Shown here: piece by piece, positions 46,701 to 56,132 of the stretch
Numbering within the stretch: position 1 is the first letter of the stretch
Layout: every line of letters begins with the position of its first letter
The notes under the pieces: generated by a model
Database searches by the model: none
The model's input: the letters and a program-made list of their open reading frames with translations, nothing else
What the model was told of the DNA's origin: nothing
Assembly (NCBI GenBank): GCA_963775465.1
Contig: CAVZIW010000003.1
Coordinates: forward strand, 128,001 to 192,000
Length of the DNA stretch: 64,000 bases
Direction: 5' to 3'
From: Candidatus Bathyarchaeota archaeon
Lineage (GTDB): Archaea; Thermoproteota; Bathyarchaeia; Bathyarchaeales; Bathycorpusculaceae
Translations under genes and position numbers: made by a program

Positions 46701-47879
46701 TTATGCTTGTTTAACTTTTTCAAGCTCTTTCTTGAGAATTTCAGCTTTGTCTGTTTTTTCCCATGGAAAGTCTCCGTCTTCTCTTCCAAAATGTCCAAAG
46801 ACGGCCGTTTTCTTGTAGATAGGTCTTAGAAGATCAAGTTGTTCGATTATTGCTTTGGGTCGCATGTCAAAGTGTTTCTTGACGAGTTCAAGGATTTGTT
46901 CGTCTGCTATTTTGCCTGTCTCGTTAGTGCAAATCAGAACTGAAATTGGTTGGGAAACACCAATGGCATAGCTTATTTGGATTTCGCATTGATCTGCTAA
47001 GCCTGAAGCCACAACGTTCTTGGCGATGTATCTTGCCATGTAGCAGCCTGAGCGGTCTACTTTTGATGGGTCTTTGCCGCTGAAGCAGCCACCACCATGG
47101 CTTCCGACTCCTCCGTAGGTGTCTACGATAATTTTCCTGCCTGTTAAACCTGAGTCAGCTAAGGTTCCGCCTATTACGAATCTTCCTGTGCCGTTAATGA
47201 CGTAGTTAACGTCTGGAGACAGTAGGTTGGCTGGGATGACATATTTGATTACTTTTTCCACGATTTCCTTCTTTAGGGTGTCATCGTTAACCGTTCCGTT
47301 GTTTTGCGCAGCAATAACAACAGTTTTAACGTATTTTGGTTTGCCGTCCTCGTATTCGATTGTGACCTGCGATTTACAGTCAGGTCTTAGGCAGGGTATG
47401 ATTTTTGTTTTTCTGCATTCAGCTAGACGTTTGACAAGTTTTTGTGCTAGCATTATTGGCAGGGGCATAAGTTCTTTGGTTTCGTTTGAAGCGTAACCGA
47501 AAACCATCCCTTGGTCTCCAGCACCTTGCTCGTGACCTTCGCATTCATTTACTCCCCTGGCAATGTCTGGAGACTGCTCCGTTAATGAAACTAGTATGCC
47601 GCAGGTTTCCCAGTCTAATCCGTCTTTAGCGTTGTCAAACCCGATTTCTTTGAGGGTTTGGCGAACAATCTTGGGAATATTAATGTAGGTACTTGTTGTG
47701 ATTTGACCTGTGACAACGACTGTTCCTTGCATGACTAGGGTTTCGCAGTCAACTCGAGCTTTTGTGTCCTTGCAAAATATTGCATCCAAAACGCTGTCTG
47801 AGATTTGGTCTGCAACTTTGTCTGGGTGACCTTCTCCGACTGACTCAGATGTGAACAAATATTTTCCGTTTGTTTTCAT
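46701..47879 (-). CDS. metK: Methionine adenosyltransferase, bacterial/eukaryotic type
   Basis: LFTSESVGEGHPDK, QSPDIA, GAGDQG, GRKIIVDTYGG, GGG.FSGKDPSKVDRS; likely ATG 47879. Confidence 0.96.
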   Translation of the reverse strand: MKTNGKYLFTSESVGEGHPDKVADQISDSVLDAIFCKDTKARVDCETLVMQGTVVVTGQITTSTYINIPKIVRQTLKEIGFDNAKDGLDWETCGILVSLTEQSPDIARGVNECEGHEQGAGDQGMVFGYASNETKELMPLPIMLAQKLVKRLAECRKTKIIPCLRPDCKSQVTIEYEDGKPKYVKTVVIAAQNNGTVNDDTLKKEIVEKVIKYVIPANLLSPDVNYVINGTGRFVIGGTLADSGLTGRKIIVDTYGGVGSHGGGCFSGKDPSKVDRSGCYMARYIAKNVVASGLADQCEIQISYAIGVSQPISVLICTNETGKIADEQILELVKKHFDMRPKAIIEQLDLLRPIYKKTAVFGHFGREDGDFPWEKTDKAEILKKELEKVKQA

Positions 47880-48222
47880 AAGAATCTTTCCGATTTTGCC
47901 GTGTGATAGCATAGGTAACTCAGAGTTTTTCTTAAAAGGCTTTCTACAATGCAAGACGGATTGAATCAATTAATTGCGATGATGCAATAACAAGAACTGT
48001 CTTAACGATTACACTGCTCTCTAGTAAAGACGAAAAATTAAAAAAAAATCGTAGCTCTGAATGCATTTAGACCAATAGGAACATATTTACGCTATTCAAG
48101 TAGTCTTTTCTCAAAGCAGCAGATGTTTTAATCGAAATTTCTGTGGGTTCACAGAAACTGGATGGTTTGTTTTGAGAAGTTATAAAAGTCCCTGTAGCCG
48201 CTTATTTATGTAAGGGCAAAAC

Positions 48223-48849
48223 ATGCCAGTGTCCATAAAGAAATTCATCCACCAAATCGCTGGGAAAAAAGCTCCTGGACCATCCACAACGTTTACTGTA
48301 TTTCATATGTTCTATGCTTTGGAGCTCATTGCACAGAAGCCATTGGGGAGAAACAAGTTGGCAGAAAAACTCGCGGTTGGCGATGGTGCGGTGCGTACCA
48401 TAATAAGCAGACTCAAAGAGGCGGATTTGATTGAAACATCCAAGCATGGATGTTACTTAACTAAGAAAGGGTTAGATGTTTGGAAACAATTTGAAGAAAT
48501 CTTTCCTAAACAAATGGCGCTTCCGAAATCTGATTTGAGTTCTTCAGAATTTAATTATGCTTTTTTGGTCAAGAATTGCGGGCAGAAAATTAAATCAGGG
48601 ATTAACCAGCGTGATGCAGCCATTTTTGCAGGTGCTCGAAACGCGTTAGTTATTGTTTACCGAAATGGGCATCTGTGCATAGAATCCGTTAGCAGTCATA
48701 TTGAAGAGGATTATCCTATTATTGCTGGTCAAATAATAGATGAGTTGGCACCCAAAGAGAACGATGTCATTATTGTTGCAGGTGCAGATTCATTGTTGAG
48801 GGCTAAACGGGGAGCTTTTGCTGCGAGCTGGTCACTTGTCAGCTTTTAG
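48223..48849 (+). CDS. Winged-helix regulator with a DUF4443-like C-terminal domain
   Basis: GR.KLA..L.VG.G.VRTII.RL...LI HTH, then SG..QRDAAI.AGA. Confidence 0.72.
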   Translation: MPVSIKKFIHQIAGKKAPGPSTTFTVFHMFYALELIAQKPLGRNKLAEKLAVGDGAVRTIISRLKEADLIETSKHGCYLTKKGLDVWKQFEEIFPKQMALPKSDLSSSEFNYAFLVKNCGQKIKSGINQRDAAIFAGARNALVIVYRNGHLCIESVSSHIEEDYPIIAGQIIDELAPKENDVIIVAGADSLLRAKRGAFAASWSLVSF

Positions 48850-49607
48850 GTTGTGTATTTTTCTCCTTCGTTGAGTATGCGTTCGAGTAGCGTGTTAATG
48901 TTTACCATGCCTTCGTTTGATTTGGAGGAAACGGGCATTAAGTGGAACTGCAGGTCTAGTTTGCTGATTGCTTGCATCATGTTGCGGCTGAATAATCGTT
49001 TTGTGCCTTCTAGTTTCTCTTCAATTGCGTCTTCTAAGGCTTTGGAGCTTGCTGACCAATTTGCGATTGCTTGGACATCCTTTTTTGGAATTAGATCGCT
49101 CTTTGAAAGTAAATGTACTTGTGGTTGGAAGAACCTGTTATAAACCGCTGCTGCCAAGAACATGTTCGAGACGTAGTTGAGAGGATTTATTGAGAATACA
49201 GCGTCGAAGAGGTAGATTAACGCTTTAGGTTCTCTGGTGAGTTCATTAACGATGTATGGTCCGCTTGCTCGGAAGGCAAACAATTCCATTTGCCCCGGAG
49301 TATCCACCAAGATGATGTCAGCATGGGCTTCTTCGATGTCTCGAGTTAAGTTTTCAATTTCGTCAGCGATTAGATCAGCCGCCATGATGAGTGCGCCGTT
49401 AGGTCCCAAGTTATATTTTTCCATTAAATCGCCTACATCGACATAGTTGCGAACATCAACGTCTGGTTGATAGGGCAACTTTAAGACGCCAGGATCCAAA
49501 TTGACCACTGCTACGTCTTGTTTGCTCATTTTTAGCCATTCGGCAAAAGCTGCTGTGAATAGGGATTTACCTGATCCAGCTGTTCCAATGATAAACGCTA
49601 GAGGCAT
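48846..49607 (-). CDS. GPN-loop GTPase
   Basis: GTAGSGKS, VNLDPG, LGPNG, DTPGQMELF. Confidence 0.93.
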   Translation of the reverse strand: MPLAFIIGTAGSGKSLFTAAFAEWLKMSKQDVAVVNLDPGVLKLPYQPDVDVRNYVDVGDLMEKYNLGPNGALIMAADLIADEIENLTRDIEEAHADIILVDTPGQMELFAFRASGPYIVNELTREPKALIYLFDAVFSINPLNYVSNMFLAAAVYNRFFQPQVHLLSKSDLIPKKDVQAIANWSASSKALEDAIEEKLEGTKRLFSRNMMQAISKLDLQFHLMPVSSKSNEGMVNINTLLERILNEGEKYTT

Positions 49608-49957
49608 AATGTTCTCCGTTCTACGTGAGAACTATGATGCAGATAATAACCTTTCTGAAAAACAAAAGGACATGTCTTTTAGTCCAAACATTGATCGTTG
49701 ACGCTAAGGCAGCTTTAAATTTTTTTAATGTCGATTTTGTGCCATCAACCATTTCAACAAATATCATAGGGCTGTGCAAAATTTGTTGTATAATTATTTC
49801 CCATTTATCTGTTTGTCTGCTAGAACAACCACACCTAAAAAATTCTTGTTGTTGTTATTCCGACCTTACAAGTTCGCCCAGAATTTTAATTTTCTATGAA
49901 ATAATGCTCTGATTGCTCCACGTAAATATCAAAGTAGGTGAGAAAGGAAAGGTTGCT

Positions 49958-51061
49958 TTATTGTTTCCCCATTGGGTTTGCCCGCAGTTTTTCAAGATAT
50001 TTCGGGTCTTCTTGTAGAACTTTGGGTATGTAGTTGCATGCTGGATCTGACTCAAACAGGTCTCCTGTGTAGTATTCTGCGCGTGTTCTGCATCCGCCGC
50101 AGATTTCCCGATATTCGCAGACTCCGCATCTTCCTTTGAGGTTGTTTTTATCACGTAGTTTGAGATGGAACTCGCTTTTTTGCAAGTCTTCCCAAGCAGT
50201 GCGTAGTTTTGTATCTTTGACGTTGCCGATGCGATAGCCTTCGTGGAAGCCGCAGCTTCGGTAGTCGCCGTTTTCAGTTATTCCGATGTAGTTGCCGCCG
50301 ATGGTGCATCTGCCAAGGTAGCCTTCATTATACCAGTCCCAGAAGTCTACGGAGTTCTTTTGTCGGACAATGCGTGCGTAGAAGGGGGCGTAAACGTTGA
50401 CTTTGACTTTGCCGTAAAGTCTGCGCTGTATTTCGTATATTTCGTTGAATGCTACTTCATACTGATCAGCGGTTGGAGCTAGATCTTCCATATGTTCGCC
50501 TGCTCGACCTACTGGAACAAGGTTGTGGTATACGACTGAGCGGGCTTTGTAGTCTTCCGCTAACTTTGCGGTATGAGCCATCTGATGAATGTTATATTTA
50601 GTCATAGTTGTGACAAGACAGTCAAGTAATCCAACGCTGCTAAGTTTCTGCATTGCATTCATGGCTTTATCGTAGCCGCCTTTGCGTCTTATCTTATCAT
50701 TTGTGTCTCTTTCGCCATCAATGCTGATGGCTGTTTTAACGTTGTATTTTGTTAGTTTATTGAAGCGTTCTTCATCCCAAGCATAGCCGCTTGTGATTAA
50801 ACTAACATTAAGACCGTGCTCTTTTTCTGCATACTCAATAATCTCCCAGATGTCTGGACGAACCAGAGGCTCTCCGCCGCTGATTCCGAACCATTGTGAG
50901 CCGAAATCTGCCATTTCATCAACCATGTGTTTGGCTTGTTCAGTGGTTAATTCTTGGTCTTTAGCGTAATCTTTTATGTAACTGCAATAAGTGCAAGTGC
51001 CAACACAGTTACGTGTACACCGCCAAACAACCATAAACAACGGCGTTGTGGTTGGATTCAT
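49958..51061 (-). CDS. Radical SAM/SPASM protein (AhbC/AhbD/NirJ-like), paralog 1
   Basis: CVGTCTYC, SGGEPL, SIDG, VPVGRA, SPASM C..C..GRCGVCEYREICGGCRTRA..DPAC. Confidence 0.9.
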   Translation of the reverse strand: MNPTTTPLFMVVWRCTRNCVGTCTYCSYIKDYAKDQELTTEQAKHMVDEMADFGSQWFGISGGEPLVRPDIWEIIEYAEKEHGLNVSLITSGYAWDEERFNKLTKYNVKTAISIDGERDTNDKIRRKGGYDKAMNAMQKLSSVGLLDCLVTTMTKYNIHQMAHTAKLAEDYKARSVVYHNLVPVGRAGEHMEDLAPTADQYEVAFNEIYEIQRRLYGKVKVNVYAPFYARIVRQKNSVDFWDWYNEGYLGRCTIGGNYIGITENGDYRSCGFHEGYRIGNVKDTKLRTAWEDLQKSEFHLKLRDKNNLKGRCGVCEYREICGGCRTRAEYYTGDLFESDPACNYIPKVLQEDPKYLEKLRANPMGKQ

Positions 51062-51187
51062 TTAATTCACAGGTGAGAATAGATTTGCCGTTGTGATATA
51101 AAACTTACTCTAAAAAAATAGATTTCCACTTTTTGGCAAAATCCGCAGAAAGAATGCCGGATGTACTCAAAAACCACTGTTATCAAA

Positions 51188-51643
51188 CTATTCCGTTTTT
51201 AGATTGCTTATCCGTTTACGCTGCAATAATCCTTCAACAGTGAAAACCGTCAGCGCCAAACTAGTGATAAGAGCCAAAAGCAGGAAAAAAATCTTGAACT
51301 CATAGGTTTCAATCGAAAAATGAACAAGTAAAATTGCAAGTTCAACAATTAAGATCGCTAAAAAAATCAACGAATAAAGCCACATCTTAGGCATCAAACG
51401 TTTTCCCAGCCAAATATGTCCTCTGATTCGGGCTTTCATTGCAACAATATACTCGCCGTACTCGTTTTTCTTTAAATATCCTGCGTCTTCGAGTTTTTGC
51501 AAGTGACGATATGCGACGCTGGGGCTGCTGAGGTTAACACTTTTCATGGCGTCTCGAGGCCCCACTGGGCTGTCCTTTTTTGAGGCGTACAAGTAAACGT
51601 TTAGTGTGATTCCTTGCAGTTCCTCTTTTTTGTCTCCAGTCAA
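51188..51643 (-). CDS. Winged-helix protein with two C-terminal TM helices (membrane-anchored regulator)
   Basis: VGPRD.....LSSPSVAYRHLQKLE..G.L.K...GEY, then two hydrophobic helices. Confidence 0.72.
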   Translation of the reverse strand: MTGDKKEELQGITLNVYLYASKKDSPVGPRDAMKSVNLSSPSVAYRHLQKLEDAGYLKKNEYGEYIVAMKARIRGHIWLGKRLMPKMWLYSLIFLAILIVELAILLVHFSIETYEFKIFFLLLALITSLALTVFTVEGLLQRKRISNLKTE

Positions 51644-51883
51644 ACTAACTTTAACCTCTAGACAGAAGAATAGTTTTGCTTTTAGTCGTATTAATTTTGC
51701 CCAAGATTTCTATCTTTTTGGTTAAGCATTATGAAAGTAGCATCTGTAAATACATTCAGGTAATCACCGAGTAAACCACGCCCGTTTTCGATGTTGATAT
51801 TTAAACCTTCACTACGTTTTAGGAAAGTCTTATAAAACCTATCAGCGCTAAATTCAAACAGAAATTAAGGAGATCAATAAAAA

Positions 51884-54055
51884 ATGTCTAAACCCCAAGA
51901 ATATTCATTGATGACTAAAGATAAACTAATGATTTACACTTTTGCTGCATTGGCGATCATCGCCGCAGTAACCACCATTCTATGGTGGGACGTTTATGCA
52001 GTAGACGCAGCAACCGGTAACCAAATTGGCTGGAATTACGGTTTAACTGTTCTATTAAACAGCCTTATTGCAGTAGGACTCGCAGTCGGTATCGACGTTT
52101 TGCTGGCAAAGACAGCCTCAGACAGCCCACTCAACCTATGGTCAGCAGCAGTTTTTGGCATGATTGTTTCATTATGCTACACTATCGGCGAACCCCAGAT
52201 GCGTGCAGGTGATGTACTTCCTTTGCTTGGCCCTGACTCATTCCTATACATAACACTGATTACTATAATCGGCATGGTTGTTTTTAAGAAACTCGCAGGA
52301 CTTAAAGGCAGAAAATACCTCAACCCCGCCGCAACAGCCAAACTTGTCGTTCTAAGCATTGTTGGATTGTTCACAGTTCTAATTCCAAAAGACCATTTAA
52401 ATTCAGGCTTACTGCAGGTACCTTCACTGGCTGGACCAATCAGCTATAACGTCGTAAACGGCAACGGTGCAGCAGGCTTTGGCTTTTATCTTGCTGGATG
52501 CTTCGGAAGTCCGAACATGCCAATTCCAACGACACCTACGCAAAGCGACATATTCAATTTACTGATTCTTGATAAATTCCACGGTTGGGCAGGCGGAGCT
52601 TCAAGCATCGCTGTCATAATCGTGGGTATTGCACTGTTTGCTTTAGCTCGCAGATATATCAAATGGAGAATTACCACTGTTTACTTTGTCACTGTTGCCC
52701 TAATGTCAGTTGTCCTCAACTTTGCATATCCAGGCGGCGACTTATTACTACGACTCGGCTTTGAAATCTTCATGGGCAGTTCAATATTCCTTGCGTTCTT
52801 TATGGCAACCGATCCAGCCACTACACCTATCACGCATATGGGCCAAATAATATTCGGAGCTGGCTTAGCCGTGCTTACGGTTTTAATTCAAACATACACG
52901 GGATTCTTCGGTGGTTCAATTCTAGCGTTAGTTATAATGAACTTAACCTGTCCAATCCTTGACAAGGTCGGCAAACAAAAACCCATAGAAGGCGGAAAAG
53001 AACCAAAACTACCCAAAGGCAAAGTCTTTCCAAAAGTCAAAACAACAGCTTGTATACGATGCGGCGCTTGCATGACAATTTGCTGCAACAAACTAAGTCC
53101 GATCCTAATCAAACAAGCCCGTGACAAAAACGACTTCACAGAGCTAATGAAACTTGACGCTGACTTCTGTGCTGGATGTATGGACTGCAATTACGTTTGT
53201 CCTGCAAGAATCGACCTTAGAAGCAATATTATAAATGTTCCACTTGGCGATGAAGAAATACAATCAATTGAGCAGTCATTCCTTAGTGGTGCAGCAGATG
53301 AAAACATAGGAATTTACCAAGACATGTTCTCGGCAAAAAGCAAGTATAGTGGCCAAGACGGTGGTGTCGTAACCGCATTACTGGTTTCAGGCATGGAAAA
53401 AGGCATGTTCGACTCTGCTATAGTGGTTAGACGTAGCAAAGGTTACCTTGCAGAAGCATTTGTAGCTAAAAGCGTTGATGACATAATAAAAGCAAGCGGA
53501 ACAAAATACATGCGTGTTAGAATAATGGCACAACTAGGCGAATTAATATCGAAAGGCAAACGCAAAATTGCAATCGTGGGTATGCCTTGTGTTATACGTG
53601 CAGCAAGAAGAGTTCAACAGCAAATGTTTACTGATTGCCCAGACCTAGAACTAACTATGATTGGTCTATTCTGCTATGAAGACTTCTACTATCGAATCCT
53701 CAAATCAGAAATACAAAGACTGCTAAACATTGACTTAGATCAAGCTGAGAAGACGCAAATTAACAAAGGCAAATTCATCGTGACCATTAACGGGCAAGAG
53801 AGCTCGGTGCCAGTCAAAGATTTGAATGCAGCAGTGGAAAAAGGTTGCTTACGTTGTCCTGACTTTGCAGCGATGTATGCAGATATTTCTGTCGGTTCAG
53901 TAGGAAGCGAACAAGGCAAATCAACAGTAATTGTGCGCTCAGATGTCGGTGCAAAACTAGCACAAGGTCTTGATTTGAGTAAAGGCGCTGTCAAGAAAGA
54001 AGAAATCGTTAAATTAGCAATAAACAAGAAGAAACGTGCTCAAGAACACCAGTAA
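51884..54055 (+). CDS. Fusion: RnfD/NqrB-like membrane domain + RnfC-like 2x[4Fe-4S] + FrhB/FpoF F420-binding domain
   Basis: NPAA, IKWRI, AFFMATDPATTP, MN...PILD; CIRCGAC...C and CAGCMDCNYVCPA.I.L; GQDGGVVTALL, GTKY, VGMPC, IGLFC, CLRCPDF, ADISVG. Confidence 0.85.
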   Translation: MSKPQEYSLMTKDKLMIYTFAALAIIAAVTTILWWDVYAVDAATGNQIGWNYGLTVLLNSLIAVGLAVGIDVLLAKTASDSPLNLWSAAVFGMIVSLCYTIGEPQMRAGDVLPLLGPDSFLYITLITIIGMVVFKKLAGLKGRKYLNPAATAKLVVLSIVGLFTVLIPKDHLNSGLLQVPSLAGPISYNVVNGNGAAGFGFYLAGCFGSPNMPIPTTPTQSDIFNLLILDKFHGWAGGASSIAVIIVGIALFALARRYIKWRITTVYFVTVALMSVVLNFAYPGGDLLLRLGFEIFMGSSIFLAFFMATDPATTPITHMGQIIFGAGLAVLTVLIQTYTGFFGGSILALVIMNLTCPILDKVGKQKPIEGGKEPKLPKGKVFPKVKTTACIRCGACMTICCNKLSPILIKQARDKNDFTELMKLDADFCAGCMDCNYVCPARIDLRSNIINVPLGDEEIQSIEQSFLSGAADENIGIYQDMFSAKSKYSGQDGGVVTALLVSGMEKGMFDSAIVVRRSKGYLAEAFVAKSVDDIIKASGTKYMRVRIMAQLGELISKGKRKIAIVGMPCVIRAARRVQQQMFTDCPDLELTMIGLFCYEDFYYRILKSEIQRLLNIDLDQAEKTQINKGKFIVTINGQESSVPVKDLNAAVEKGCLRCPDFAAMYADISVGSVGSEQGKSTVIVRSDVGAKLAQGLDLSKGAVKKEEIVKLAINKKKRAQEHQ

Positions 54056-54228
54056 ACACAAGAAAATTTCCCTTTTCCTTTTCTTTGTTTTTTATATTTC
54101 TTATAGAATCATCCATTTTTGCTATCCTGGTTTTGCCATGGGTCTTGGAAAATAGACTCTTTGCAGAGCGCTTGTAAGCATTAAGCTTATTAACACGCCC
54201 CAACGTAAAATAGTCCAAAGGGATAAAA

Positions 54229-54885
54229 ATGGAACAGGAAAAATTCAGAATAGTTGACATACTCTATGGCATTGTCATACCAATAATTCTAGTGCTCTTG
54301 ATTTATGTTCTCGCTGTCTATGTGAACCCAAGTGGACAAAACCATGTTCTCGGCGTTGCAGGTACAACCGGAACGATCGCTGTTATCCTATCGCAAGGCT
54401 TTGCTCAAATGATTATTCTAGGTGTTCCCTTAGTTCTTGGTTTGCTTTGGAACAAGTGGGCGGGTGGAGCAGCAGGCTTCATCATGGGCGGTCTTTATTA
54501 TGTTGCTCAGGCAGGACTCTACACAGGATACTTTGCAGGTTCAAATCCACCATACAACTACTTTGGCGATGTTAGCTTGCTTTTCTGGCTTGTAAACGGT
54601 GTCATCATCGGTTATATGGCGGGAGCACTCACTAACGGATCAACAAACTTCAAACGTATGCTAGGTGCAGGCTTAACCGCTGCAATATCAACTGCTCTTA
54701 TTCAGGCGTACATGAACTATACTGTCTCGCTTGACCCTTCGCGTGGAATGGCTCAGGGCTTATGGGCAACTGATCTAGGACAGGCTATATTGATTAATTT
54801 CGTTCCGAGCATTGCGTTAGGTGTGATTGTACCAATACTTGCAAAAGTAATGACTTGGTATGGTCTTCAACCGACAAGGCACTAA
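54229..54885 (+). CDS. About 6-TM membrane protein, ECF S-component-like, copy 1
   Basis: 218 aa, hydrophobic; P..LGLLW..WAGGAAGFI.G pattern. Confidence 0.6.
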   Translation: MEQEKFRIVDILYGIVIPIILVLLIYVLAVYVNPSGQNHVLGVAGTTGTIAVILSQGFAQMIILGVPLVLGLLWNKWAGGAAGFIMGGLYYVAQAGLYTGYFAGSNPPYNYFGDVSLLFWLVNGVIIGYMAGALTNGSTNFKRMLGAGLTAAISTALIQAYMNYTVSLDPSRGMAQGLWATDLGQAILINFVPSIALGVIVPILAKVMTWYGLQPTRH

Positions 54886-56039
54886 TCTACATCTTCTTTC
54901 TTTTTTTGAGTAGGAATTATTTAAAAATTCTTATAGACTTTGGTTTTTCAAGATTAGCCTTTTAAGTAAAAAAGACATTGTTGTTCCTATTACTCCAAGT
55001 TTCTCCAACTATTGATTAATGTTTTTAACTTCCTTTGATGTATGTTTGCTGCTGGTTGTGTTTTTGCATGTTTCAAATCCTATTATTTCATTGATCGCAT
55101 GCCTTGTAAATTATCTCTTGTTTAAAAGTTCTTAATTGCTTGCTTGGATATTTTTTATCCTCGAAGGTGGTGTAAAATTATCGATTCTGCTTAAGCCATA
55201 ATTCTGTATTTCATTTAACCTACGCCTATAGTCGCCATTTCTTTTTTCCCACGCTTCCTCTATTCTTTTGATATACGGGTAAGAATCCTTTCGAAATTCA
55301 GTTGATTTATACAACATACTTAAACAGTAACGGTTAAGCTTATTACCGACTTGTGCAGAAAATAATCTTAAAGGGATAAAGAATGGAACCAGAAAGATTC
55401 AAATTAATAGACATATTATACGGCATAGTAATACCGTTCCTTCTCGCATTCTTGATTTATGTTCTCGCTGTCTATGTGAACCCAAGTGGACAAAACCATG
55501 TTCTCGGCGTTGCAGGTACAACCGGAACGATCGCTGTTATCCTATCGCAAGGCTTTGCTCAAATGATTATTCTAGGTGTTCCCTTAGTTCTTGGTTTGCT
55601 TTGGAACAAGTGGGCGGGTGGAGCAGCAGGCTTCATCATGGGCGGTCTTTATTATGTTGCTCAGGCAGGACTCTACACAGGATACTTTGCAGGTTCAAAT
55701 CCACCATACAACTACTTTGGCGATGTTAGCTTGCTTTTCTGGCTTGTAAACGGTGTCATCATCGGTTATATGGCGGGAGCACTCACTAACGGATCAACAA
55801 ACTTCAAACGTATGCTAATGGCAGGTTTAACAGCCGCAATAATAACAGCTATCATCCAGGCGTACATGAACTATACTGTCTCGCTTGACCCTTCGCGTGG
55901 AATGGCTCAGGGCTTATGGGCAACTGATCTAGGACAGGCTATATTGATTAATTTCGTTCCGAGCATTGCGTTAGGTGTGATTGTACCAATACTTGCAAAA
56001 GTAATGACTTGGTATGGTCTTCAACCGACAAGGCACTAA
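54296..56039 (+). repeat. Direct repeat (offset 1154 bp): blocks 54296-54663/55450-55817 and 54703-54885/55857-56039 identical by eye
   Basis: Read-through comparison of the two gene copies. Confidence 0.9.
55383..56039 (+). CDS. About 6-TM membrane protein, ECF S-component-like, copy 2
   Basis: Near-identical to copy 1 except for the N-terminus and one internal patch. Confidence 0.6.
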   Translation: MEPERFKLIDILYGIVIPFLLAFLIYVLAVYVNPSGQNHVLGVAGTTGTIAVILSQGFAQMIILGVPLVLGLLWNKWAGGAAGFIMGGLYYVAQAGLYTGYFAGSNPPYNYFGDVSLLFWLVNGVIIGYMAGALTNGSTNFKRMLMAGLTAAIITAIIQAYMNYTVSLDPSRGMAQGLWATDLGQAILINFVPSIALGVIVPILAKVMTWYGLQPTRH

Positions 56040-56132
56040 AATATCTCTCAACCTCTTTTCTTTTTATATTTTATAATCTAAAACTGGAAATTTTTTATAT
56101 TGATCTATTAAAATTCTTGTTAAAATAAAAAA

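Noticed and set aside
46313-46798. 161-aa minus-strand ORF
   Set aside because: Overlaps metK and the zinc-ribbon gene, has biased composition and no motif; shadow ORF
49625-50154. Cys-rich 95-aa and 86-aa ORFs near the SPASM gene as RiPP precursors
   Set aside because: No RBS or coding-like composition; they lie in AT-rich intergenic DNA or an alternate frame of the rSAM gene
54900-55330. 61-aa minus-strand ORF (55132-55317) between the duplicated genes
   Set aside because: No recognisable motif and several stops in neighbouring frames; at most a decayed remnant
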